Part shown: in pieces, positions 1-7,675 of the stretch
Layout of the letters: each line of letters begins with the position of its first letter
Numbering within the stretch: the stretch's first letter is position 1
NCBI RefSeq assembly: GCF_000406145.1
Contig: NZ_CM001976.1
Location: forward strand, 3,131,337-3,163,336
Length of the DNA stretch: 32,000 nucleotides
Reading direction: 5' to 3'
Source: Dickeya dadantii NCPPB 898
GTDB lineage: Bacteria; Pseudomonadota; Gammaproteobacteria; Enterobacterales; Enterobacteriaceae
The notes under the pieces: generated by a model
The model's input: the letters and a program-made list of their open reading frames with translations, nothing else
What the model was told of the DNA's origin: nothing
Database searches by the model: none
Position numbers and translations under genes: made by a program

Positions 1-801
1 TTGCTGTGAGTCAATTATATTCATAACCATCTTAACTTCCTCACCTTCAACCCTTTTTGCTGGATCAAGCAAGCATATCTCCTGCCCTTGATTATATACT
101 GTCTCCACATTCCTAAATAGATTAAGTATTACGTCAATAGCCGCTTTCGGATCAATTATATGTGGAAACTTTCTAGACATTAGTCCTATAAGCGATTCTT
201 TCTGTTTCGCCGCTGTTCTAGGAAAATCTACCCACTGAATAATTAAATTATCTAATTCCTGTCGATGGAAAACAGAAGACTCATCACTACAGATCTCAGC
301 AACTTTCTTTTCGATTTTATTTTTAATATTCTCGTGTAACTTATCATATAAACAGAGAGAATTCTGCTCGTTTATCTTTGATACCTGCTCAACAACACCT
401 TCGTTTTTAAGCTTCTTTGATGGTGAGTATTTTAATTCCATTTCGGTGTTTGATATAAATGTTAACTGGTGCTTGTAATCTTCACTTTTTTCGAAAGAAT
501 CATTTCTCAGATTATCCCCAACCAATAGTATTTTCGATACCATCTCTGAGAATCTAGCGTCTATAGTCCATATTTTCCCACTGAGTTTCTTGGCTTGGTA
601 GGCATGAACTTCGTTAATATAATTCAAGCAGTCGGTTTTAAAACAAAAGAGAAAGTCATCATGATGTTCAATACAAATAAAAAAACTCTTATTTACGAAA
701 GAATTGAAATTTTCTAATAGAAGATATAGCGCACAGTTTCTTTGAAATTCGAAACCAGTTAACGCATCAACCCCAGCATTTATCGCTTTATTTTTAGCCA
801 C
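1..801 (-). CDS. PD-(D/E)xK nuclease, Cap4/DUF4297-like N-terminal domain (5' part only; C-terminus lies left of the window)
   Basis: Minus-strand frame is open from the window edge to GTG at 799-801, preceded by GGAG. N-terminus reads VAKNKAINAGVDALTGFEFQRNCALYLLLE..FFICIEHHDDFLF..VHAYQAKK. This fits the G-F-x-(F/Y)-Q helix, E-x-x-D-D and Q-x-K layout I associate with DUF4297 nucleases. Absent from the ORF track because it runs off the window. Confidence 0.5.
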   Translation of the reverse strand, partial: MAKNKAINAGVDALTGFEFQRNCALYLLLENFNSFVNKSFFICIEHHDDFLFCFKTDCLNYINEVHAYQAKKLSGKIWTIDARFSEMVSKILLVGDNLRNDSFEKSEDYKHQLTFISNTEMELKYSPSKKLKNEGVVEQVSKINEQNSLCLYDKLHENIKNKIEKKVAEICSDESSVFHRQELDNLIIQWVDFPRTAAKQKESLIGLMSRKFPHIIDPKAAIDVILNLFRNVETVYNQGQEICLLDPAKRVEGEEVKMVMNIIDSQQ

Positions 802-1002
802 CTGACTCTCCTGCAATAGCTAAAAATTTCAATTGTTATCCAGCTATCCTGCGGACGCAAATGAAACCATTTAAACGACATATATCATGAAAACGGGAAA
901 AAATAAAATTACACAGACATGTTTAGTGATCTAAAACTCTGTTTAGAATACTGTTTTTTTATACAGACAGAGGACGTAGAGATCTTATAAAAAGAAAAGA
1001 GA

Positions 1003-1194
1003 TCACTTAGGCTCAATCCCCTGCTTACGAAGCTCTTTACGGGCAAGTTCTTTGAACCAGTTGCCGAGGCTGACACCTTCTTTTGCTACGACTTCATCGA
1101 GCTGTTCACGTAACTCAGGTGAGATCCGGATCTGAAAAGTGGGTGATTTCCCCACTGATGAAGATTTTTTAGTGTCGCGTTTAATCGTTGACAT
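1003..1194 (-). CDS. Ribbon-helix-helix (CopG/Arc/MetJ-type) DNA-binding protein
   Basis: 63 aa. The segment FQIRISPELREQLDEVVAKEGVSLGNWFKELARKEL has the beta-strand, helix, helix pattern typical of RHH repressors and antitoxins. The start codon is embedded in a GTACGTAC inverted repeat. Confidence 0.65.
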   Translation of the reverse strand: MSTIKRDTKKSSSVGKSPTFQIRISPELREQLDEVVAKEGVSLGNWFKELARKELRKQGIEPK

Positions 1195-1236
1195 GTACGT
1201 ACCTTTTTAACTATGCTGAGTTTTATAGGTACGTAC
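1191..1236. promoter_or_regulatory. Perfect 10-bp inverted repeat (GTACGTACCT / AGGTACGTAC, 22-nt spacer) at the RHH gene start; candidate operator
   Basis: Arms at 1195-1204 and 1227-1236 are exact reverse complements. The 13-mer ACATGTACGTACC (1191-1203) recurs exactly at 3600-3612. Confidence 0.4.
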
Positions 1237-1434
1237 AATATCACAAACGCATCTTATACTCATCACCTGTTTCGCCCCTGAAAGGTAGTGCAATACCAGA
1301 CAGGGGCTAACCACACCGTTAAGGAAGTAACGATATGGCTATCAGCAAGTCTAGCAATTCCCTTTTGGATAAGCACCTTAAACAAGTTAAACGTTATTTT
1401 AATCTGTTCCGGCAACAAGCTACGGAGGTGCGTT

Positions 1435-1623
1435 ATGTTCGATAACACACCTTTAGAGCAGGAAGAAATCATCGATCAGTGCAGAGCATTGATCTACGCC
1501 GTTATCGAAACCAAACAGCCACAAGTCAAAGAAATTCTGACGTTCATTCTTTGGGAACGGTTGGATTGGTTGTATCAGGATTTTCATGCGGAAGACGAAC
1601 ACAAACTCAGTGATATGAAATAA
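1435..1623 (+). CDS. Small acidic hypothetical protein (62 aa)
   Basis: ATG at 1435 lies 6 nt after GGAGG, so the longer 1288 start in the track has no such support. A stem-loop terminator follows. No recognisable family. Confidence 0.45.
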   Translation: MFDNTPLEQEEIIDQCRALIYAVIETKQPQVKEILTFILWERLDWLYQDFHAEDEHKLSDMK

Positions 1624-1656
1624 ATTCCATTTATAATTGAAATTTTAAGTAATAAT

Positions 1657-1680
1657 AGAGCTATAATCTTATAGCTCTTT
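1657..1680. terminator. Perfect 9-bp stem / 4-nt loop hairpin between convergent genes
   Basis: AGAGCTATA-atct-TATAGCTCT followed by TT-rich sequence. Lies between the 3' ends of 1435-1623 (+) and 1705-2367 (-). Confidence 0.45.
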
Positions 1681-1704
1681 ATAATATGATACGTTATGAT
1701 TTCA

Positions 1705-2367
1705 TCATTGATTATTTATACTTGAAGTTCTTATTGTCCCTAAGTGCCAATATCCACCACTATATGTTCTAGCTATAGTTAAAAATCCGCAGCACACAAG
1801 AATAGTCAGCGAAACAAGAATGGTGTAATACCAATTAACATCAGAATCAACGGAAAATTTGGGGAGTGAATAAAATAGCAACCCACACCATATTATGGTT
1901 ATAAAAAGACTGATTAATTGATTTATTTTAGATACAGAAATAGGTGATGGACCGGTGAGAATGTGGATAAAATTTTCTTTTATTCCTATAGGCTTAGAGC
2001 GAGATAAGATTACTTTATATAAAGGGCCATTGACCTTATCTTCTAGCATATCAACATGATTCTCCCAATTCTCCTGCCAATATTTGCTACCACGATTTAC
2101 ACAAAGCCAACCAAATGAAAAAACGATACCAAGAGAAAATAATAAAACAGATAGATCTGTTTTCGATGAAGAAGATGATGATTGTATAGCTATAAATCCA
2201 GCAAAGGTCGCAGCTATAAACGTCCAAAAATATGTAGCTCTCTTCCAATAAAGATCTATTTCATACTTTCTAATATCCAATGCATGACTAAGTGACTTAT
2301 TATTTATTTCCTTATCGGATAAAAAAACTTCTTTATATTCTTCATCAGAAAAATTTCTTTTAGGCAT
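1705..2367 (-). CDS. Four-TM membrane protein with a cytoplasmic helical N-terminus; possibly a defence-associated membrane effector-like family (uncertain)
   Basis: 220 aa from MPKRNF. The upstream 16 codons in the track look like run-on. TM segments are ATYFWTFIAATFAGFIAI, LSVLLFSLGIVFSFGWLCV, ISLFITIIWCGLLFYSL and YYTILVSLTILVCCGFLTI. Conserved-looking block NRGSKYWQENWENHVDMLE lies between TM2 and TM3. Confidence 0.65.
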   Translation of the reverse strand: MPKRNFSDEEYKEVFLSDKEINNKSLSHALDIRKYEIDLYWKRATYFWTFIAATFAGFIAIQSSSSSSKTDLSVLLFSLGIVFSFGWLCVNRGSKYWQENWENHVDMLEDKVNGPLYKVILSRSKPIGIKENFIHILTGPSPISVSKINQLISLFITIIWCGLLFYSLPKFSVDSDVNWYYTILVSLTILVCCGFLTIARTYSGGYWHLGTIRTSSINNQ

Positions 2368-2744
2368 AATTATCTCTTTCCATTTAAAATAATCATTAAC
2401 AATTAAGTATAACACATTACATCATTGCTAACCCTACGATGTATTGCATTAGCATTTAACTATCACATTTCAAATACATTTTCATACTGAATTATTTCCC
2501 TCAATGCTTCCATACATTACCAATAGTGATCGTGGTAATAATTTACATTAGTAAACATGATCACTGCCTCTTGTTTTCCCAATTTTCCTGTAGCATGTTT
2601 CTGTTACACAGTTCGTTAAAGAAAACAAACCAGTGGTGGTACAATTATTCACAAGCTAATTTGAATTTTTTTTCATGATAAAAATCACAATAAAACTTTC
2701 CGCCACAAAGCTAAAAAATGTCATACAAATAAATAGGATATAGC

Positions 2745-3389
2745 ATGGACATTGAAACAGAAAAAAATACTGCGATAACAAACTTCATAGATGAATTCGG
2801 TTACAAAGGTGATCATGCAAAGATCAATGTAGAGGTCAAGAAAAAAAATAGAATATTTATGAATAGTAAATATGAAATAAAGGTATTTATAAGTAAAAGT
2901 ACAACAATAGTAGAAGACAAGAATGAAAATGACAAAAAATTCGAACGTTCGATGATAATATATTTAGTAATATGTATAATTCTTGGTTCTTTATTTCTTT
3001 TAGGGGCTTATAACGAATATAAGTTTTATGAACTAGGTTATTTCACACCTATTTTTTTCGGTTTTTTGTATTTTAGAGTATTTTATCCTTTTTTAGGTGA
3101 GTTGCTGAAAAAACAAGCAGATGCTGTATCATTTTTTCTAGGAATGCTAACATCTTGTGGTTTGATATTTAAGCTGTCTGAAGTCCCCGTCAAATCTATT
3201 ATATTAAAAGAAATACCTGATTATATAAAAATTTTCTGTTTATATTTTACTTTATACTTCTTATGTATATTCATTAGTGTGAAATTTTTCATTAGCCTAT
3301 TAGACTATTTAAAATCTCTTACAAACACAAACACAAACACAAACACAAAATATAAAATTGCAAAATTCTTAATAAGAATACTCGATTAG
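2745..3389 (+). CDS. Hypothetical multi-TM membrane protein with a C-terminal (Thr-Asn)4 repeat
   Basis: 214 aa, very AT-rich, with about 4 hydrophobic segments after a ~70-aa soluble N-terminus. No family recognised. Confidence 0.55.
   Translation: MDIETEKNTAITNFIDEFGYKGDHAKINVEVKKKNRIFMNSKYEIKVFISKSTTIVEDKNENDKKFERSMIIYLVICIILGSLFLLGAYNEYKFYELGYFTPIFFGFLYFRVFYPFLGELLKKQADAVSFFLGMLTSCGLIFKLSEVPVKSIILKEIPDYIKIFCLYFTLYFLCIFISVKFFISLLDYLKSLTNTNTNTNTKYKIAKFLIRILD
3321..3350 (+). repeat. In-frame hexanucleotide repeat (ACAAAC)x4 plus ACAAAA
   Basis: Read directly from the sequence. Encodes TNTNTNTNTK near the C-terminus of the 2745-3389 ORF. Confidence 0.95.
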
Positions 3390-3568
3390 CCACCTTTACT
3401 CCTTAATAGTCCCAAAAGCATAAATGGAAGTATTAATATCTGCATGTTAATAGCAAGAAAACAGATAGTGATAGTTTGATGAATTTTATCTTCACTATCA
3501 TAAAAATTAAAAATCCACACATAACCTATAACATTCAAAACAGCAAAAACAAGAAGGTATATTTTCAT
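3386..3568 (-). CDS. Small two-TM membrane protein (60 aa)
   Basis: GGAG lies 5 nt upstream of the ATG. Two hydrophobic helices. Overlaps the convergent 2745-3389 ORF by 4 nt. No family recognised. Confidence 0.45.
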   Translation of the reverse strand: MKIYLLVFAVLNVIGYVWIFNFYDSEDKIHQTITICFLAINMQILILPFMLLGLLRSKGG

Positions 3569-3599
3569 GACAACTCCAGTTCAATTAATTTAATTCACA

Positions 3600-3612
3600 A
3601 CATGTACGTACC
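3600..3612. promoter_or_regulatory. Third copy of the ACATGTACGTACC motif, 32 nt upstream of the 3386-3568 ORF start
   Basis: Exact 13-nt identity with 1191-1203. Confidence 0.35.
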
Positions 3613-3668
3613 ACATAATAGATTAAAATCAAATATTTTTTGAAAGATACAAATATAATATAGTTAAG

Positions 3669-3732
3669 CAAGGGCTAACTCTCCGAAGCGCTACGCTGGC
3701 TTCTCCGAGTTCTCCCTTGTTTTTTTCGCCCT
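3669..3732 (+). other. Candidate oriT: 21-nt imperfect inverted repeat followed by a T-run and a CGCCCT nic-like core
   Basis: CAAGGGCTAACTCTCCGAAGC (3669-3689) and GCTTCTCCGAGTTCTCCCTTG (3699-3719) are complementary at 16 of 21 positions by my count. TTTTTTT then CGCCCT (3727-3732) follows. This recalls the IR-then-GCGCCCT layout of RSF1010-type MOBQ oriT. It sits just upstream of mobC and the relaxase. Confidence 0.4.
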
Positions 3733-3854
3733 TCGGTTGAAAAAAATTAAAAGCAAAATCAACATCATGCATTGACATTGTTAGCTTCTGCCATATAAGT
3801 AAGTATTAAGCATAAGGAATATGCTTTGATTTAATTATATGAAAAGGAGTTCAT

Positions 3855-4232
3855 ATGAGCACTGGTAATACTTTTAATAATATCCTTCGCAGCCATTGCG
3901 TCAGTGTCAGATTAAATAGTGAAGAATTATCGCTTCTGAATGAAAGGCGTGGTAGTCATCGCAAAGGCGAATGGCTGCGTATGGCATTTCTGCATAACCT
4001 TCCCTCCGTAATTCCCTCTATTAATCTCGAAGCATGGAAAACCCTTGGTGATATTTCGCAGAAGCTGAACAGGCTTGTCGCTCATCTGGATAGCAAGAGC
4101 AATGATAGTTCTCTCTCACAAACTGAACTCTTTGCCGTGAAGCGTCAGATCTCAGAGCTTCGCACAAATCTGATCACCGATAATATGTGGAGTGCTTCCC
4201 ATGAAGGGAATGCAGAAGATCAGACGGGGTAA
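3855..4232 (+). CDS. mobC: MobC-type relaxosome accessory protein
   Basis: 125 aa. VSVRLNSEELSLLNERRGSHRKGEWLRMAFL matches the MobC pattern (R-L/T-x-E-E-x-x-L..A...G.S.SE(Y/W)LR). AAAGGAG lies before the ATG. Overlaps the relaxase start. Confidence 0.7.
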   Translation: MSTGNTFNNILRSHCVSVRLNSEELSLLNERRGSHRKGEWLRMAFLHNLPSVIPSINLEAWKTLGDISQKLNRLVAHLDSKSNDSSLSQTELFAVKRQISELRTNLITDNMWSASHEGNAEDQTG

Positions 4233-5337
4233 AAACTTCACTGGTGTCGTTCTCTATGCATTAAAACCAGATTCTCACCACAAATGCACACCTTATGTCA
4301 TTGGTGGGAACATGCTGGGGGATATAGCCGGAGATCTGATCGCCGAATTCAATACCACCAAAACGCTTCGCCCGGATGTTACTAAACCCGTCTGGCATAA
4401 TTCACTTCGATTACCGAAAAGCGAAGCGCTGACAGATGCTCAGTGGTCAAAAATTGCTGATAATTACATGTCACGAATGGGCTTCTCTGAAACGCATCTG
4501 AGATGTTATATCCTTCATGACGACGCAGCAGGCCAGCACATCCACATTATTGCCAGCCGTATCGATCTCACTAATGGAAGCCTTTACTTGGGCAAAAATG
4601 AAAACCTCATTAGCACCCGTATAATCCAGCAGCTTGAACGCGACTATTCACTAAGAACCAAAGGACCAGAATTGGTAGCATCACCATCCCCAGCTTCGCC
4701 CTTCCCTCCTTCGCTATCCAGAAAATCCCCGCTCCAGAAACAGATGGGCGCAAAACCAAAGCCTAAAACACTGTCACGTAACGAAGCGATGATGGAGAAG
4801 TATAAAGGAGAACCATCACCAAAATCGGTCATCCAGGAAGCCTTGGAAGAATTACTTGTCGATAAACCATCCACCACTGAATTTGTGACACAGCTTGTGG
4901 CACGAAAGATCATGGCAGTCCCGAATATCGCTTCTACCGGAAAGATGAATGGGTTTTCATTCGAATACCAGGGGATTGCTTTCAAAGCTTCGCAGTTAGG
5001 TAAATGTTATTCCTGGTCCGCCTTACAAAACAGGCTCGACTACCAGCCGGAACGCGACAATGCTTTCCTGCTTGCATTGAAAATGCCCTCAGTCAGTAAG
5101 GCATCGGTTAGCGAAGCTCTTGATATGACCATTGCTATAGATACCCCTGAAATCTTCAAAGCAGACGTTAACACTCCCACCGAAATGCTTACCCTCAATA
5201 AAGATGCCGGTCAGGATAAATACGCTATCACTTATCCCATAGCGCTTCTCTCTGATGCTGATGCTGATGCTGATGCTGATGCTGATGCTGAAGAAGCGTA
5301 TGCAACCGAAGCAGTAAAAGAAAGCTGGTGCAAGTAA
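4201..5337 (+). CDS. Relaxase / mobilization nuclease (MobA/VirD2 superfamily, MOBQ-like)
   Basis: N-terminal KIRRGKNFTGVVLYAL and the histidine triad HDDAAGQHIHIIASRIDL (HxDx4HxH) are present. The start could be 4192 (GTG), 4201 or 4210. The C-terminus is low-complexity with (Asp-Ala)6. Confidence 0.85.
   Translation: MKGMQKIRRGKNFTGVVLYALKPDSHHKCTPYVIGGNMLGDIAGDLIAEFNTTKTLRPDVTKPVWHNSLRLPKSEALTDAQWSKIADNYMSRMGFSETHLRCYILHDDAAGQHIHIIASRIDLTNGSLYLGKNENLISTRIIQQLERDYSLRTKGPELVASPSPASPFPPSLSRKSPLQKQMGAKPKPKTLSRNEAMMEKYKGEPSPKSVIQEALEELLVDKPSTTEFVTQLVARKIMAVPNIASTGKMNGFSFEYQGIAFKASQLGKCYSWSALQNRLDYQPERDNAFLLALKMPSVSKASVSEALDMTIAIDTPEIFKADVNTPTEMLTLNKDAGQDKYAITYPIALLSDADADADADADAEEAYATEAVKESWCK
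5254..5289 (+). repeat. In-frame hexanucleotide repeat (GATGCT)x6
   Basis: Read directly from the sequence. Encodes DADADADADADA in the relaxase C-terminal tail. Confidence 0.95.
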
Positions 5338-5920
5338 CAAAGAAGCACATGTAACCGAAGCGGCAAAAGAAGCTCACCACAGAAAACGCCTCTCTATGAT
5401 TCAGACCGGCTTCAGATGGTTAGAAACCATCCCCTACCTCAACATCATCCTTGGCATGCTAAAAAAACTCAAAATCCCGACACTCAAACGCCCAGGAAAA
5501 CACAACACCATCACTGGCGTGAAGATGATAGAAATTACGGCAACACCAAAAACCACTATCCAGACTCCGCAAAAATCACACTCATCATCATTCCAAATGT
5601 AGGGCTGAGAAGCCGTCCAGCAAGCCTTTCTTCATACAAAAAACACAAGATTAACGATCGTTAATACCGATTTATATTTAATTTATGATAGTTTTTATCT
5701 ATCACAAGTAAACCATCGATCGTTATAAGCGATTTGCTTTGTTTGATCACAACTGTTCAAAATGTAGCTGTTCCTTTTCCCATAATAGACTGATTTAACT
5801 GGTCTATTTACTTATTCAACTAACGATATAGGTTCAGCAATGACAAATTTCGTCTCATACATAGTTCCTGACCTCTTCATACATCGAATATGACTTTCAC
5901 TCAGCTATTAAGGAATTTGT

Positions 5921-6724
5921 ATGAGCCTTTTATTCATGAGACGTTTCTGGATCGGCGTATTGCTTCCTGTGTTTATCGACTGGCTTTTTATGGCAGGTGC
6001 AATTCAGCTTTGGTGGCTCTGGTTACCTATCAGTGCCCCACTGCTCATCTGGGCTTTTTTTGCCTACAACAAAAATAGGAAAGAAGACGCAGATTCCAGA
6101 ATCTGGATCCGCCAACAGTGGGAAGAGAAAATCACTACTGAAAAATTTGAATTTTGCGGTCGCGCATATACGTTTCAGGAAACGCTCTCAGGCACTGTCA
6201 TCAGCTACAACCCGAACAATGACACTATCTGGGTAAAAACAGATGATGGGGATGAGACACAAATTTCCGCGCATGGCCTACCGTTCCGTGAATCGCATCG
6301 TATTAAAAAATACGAATTCAATGGCTATCATGACCATCATTCCTATGCATCATTTCATGATGCACTGATCGTTAATGAAACCACTAAAGAACGACATGTA
6401 AACATGCCGGAAAAATGTTTTATTGTCTTTGGATTAACGACATTGACTCTGCTTTTGTTTATTCGACCTATAGTAAGATTTACTGCTAGTGTCTATAGTT
6501 CTGCTATGCCCGTCCCAAGTTTTTTCCCTGTTACCTTTATCGTAACTAATATTATCTCTGCTGTTTCATTTATTATTTTCCTTTTTGATTTTAAAAATGA
6601 TGATCTATGGGATATCTATTTGTTATCAACACTGGTCTGTCATGTCCTCATCAGATGGTTAAACATCAGGTCTAGCAAGTTTAATATCAAGTTCAATCGT
6701 CTGGTTATTTCATTTACACGTTAA
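5921..6724 (+). CDS. Hypothetical membrane protein (2 N-terminal TM, ~110-aa soluble domain, C-terminal TM bundle)
   Basis: 267 aa. First gene of a three-gene same-strand unit that ends at the 7543-7573 terminator. No family recognised. Confidence 0.55.
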   Translation: MSLLFMRRFWIGVLLPVFIDWLFMAGAIQLWWLWLPISAPLLIWAFFAYNKNRKEDADSRIWIRQQWEEKITTEKFEFCGRAYTFQETLSGTVISYNPNNDTIWVKTDDGDETQISAHGLPFRESHRIKKYEFNGYHDHHSYASFHDALIVNETTKERHVNMPEKCFIVFGLTTLTLLLFIRPIVRFTASVYSSAMPVPSFFPVTFIVTNIISAVSFIIFLFDFKNDDLWDIYLLSTLVCHVLIRWLNIRSSKFNIKFNRLVISFTR

Positions 6725-6760
6725 GACCTAATAATAGTAAATCCTTAAAGGTTTAAATTA

Positions 6761-7135
6761 ATGAAAAAATTTATCATCGTAACATTGGTATCACTCACTC
6801 TCTCTGGATGTTATTCCTTCGGTAATCAGACTCTGAAAAATGTAACGCAGGAAGACGTAAAAGCTAAAATTGTAAAAGGAAAAACCACCAAGTCAGAAGT
6901 ATTAACCGCCTTTGGTGAGCCGGATAAACGTATCACCTCAGATGATGAGGAGAAATGGTCTTATTCTATGCATAACTACCGCAGTAAACCAACATCATAT
7001 ATTCCGATTGTAGGAATACTGACTGGCGGAACGGATATTGAAGAAAAATCAATTCTCATCACGTTTAAAGGTGAAAAAGTCAGCTCTTATGAATTCACTG
7101 CCAGTGCCAGTGAAATGAAACGCGGTCCCTTTTAA
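6761..7135 (+). CDS. Lipoprotein, possibly BamE/SmpA-OmlA-like fold
   Basis: Signal peptide with lipobox LTLSGC. TKSEVLTAFGEPD resembles the BamE-type motif. Confidence 0.7.
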   Translation: MKKFIIVTLVSLTLSGCYSFGNQTLKNVTQEDVKAKIVKGKTTKSEVLTAFGEPDKRITSDDEEKWSYSMHNYRSKPTSYIPIVGILTGGTDIEEKSILITFKGEKVSSYEFTASASEMKRGPF

Positions 7136-7181
7136 ATACTTTTAAATACTTTTAAATTCAGCAATCCTCAAAACGAGAGCC

Positions 7182-7508
7182 ATGATGAATAAAAAACTAT
7201 CCTTAGGTTTATTACTGGTGCTGTCCTATTTTCTCACCGGCTGTGACAGCGAACCATCAGATGCTGATGTATCTAAAGCAATGCAATCTTTTACTGAAGA
7301 GATGAACAAAGGCGCACCGTCTGAATCAGCAAGAGTCGTTTTCAATTCAGCCAAGAAAATCGCATGCAAAGAGAAAGACAGCGACGGCGGTTACAAATGC
7401 ACCGTCGACTACAATGCAAAGATCCCGTTTTTGGGTGAAAGAACATCAACCATGGAGCTTAAGTTCTTTAAATTTGAAGGAAAATGGAAGGTTTCACCGT
7501 CGAAATAA
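7182..7508 (+). CDS. Small lipoprotein
   Basis: Signal peptide with lipobox FLTGC. The mature part is ~85 aa with two Cys. Confidence 0.7.
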   Translation: MMNKKLSLGLLLVLSYFLTGCDSEPSDADVSKAMQSFTEEMNKGAPSESARVVFNSAKKIACKEKDSDGGYKCTVDYNAKIPFLGERTSTMELKFFKFEGKWKVSPSK

Positions 7509-7542
7509 TTGATATGCCATAAACAGCATCAGGGAAAACATC

Positions 7543-7573
7543 AGCCCGTAGTTTCATCGCTACGGGCTTTTTT
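7543..7573 (+). terminator. Rho-independent terminator
   Basis: AGCCCGTAG-tttcatcg-CTACGGGCT followed by TTTTT. Confidence 0.8.
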
Positions 7574-7675
7574 CATCTGCATTACCTTAGACTTGAACTT
7601 AAAGTTTTCGCGGGCAGGACAGAACACAATCAAATCTGACAGGCAGCATTGAGCGAGATGCAGACAGTAGTAGCG

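Noticed and set aside
1263-1623. The 111-aa (1288 +) and 69-aa (1263-1472 -) overlapping ORFs
   Set aside because: Only the internal ATG 1435 has a strong GGAGG RBS. The upstream parts lie in the RHH promoter and operator region and look non-coding.
4644-5340. Minus-strand ORFs inside the relaxase gene (113 aa; 83 aa with SISISISI)
   Set aside because: They are antisense to the relaxase. The SI repeat is simply the reverse reading of the GATGCT microsatellite.
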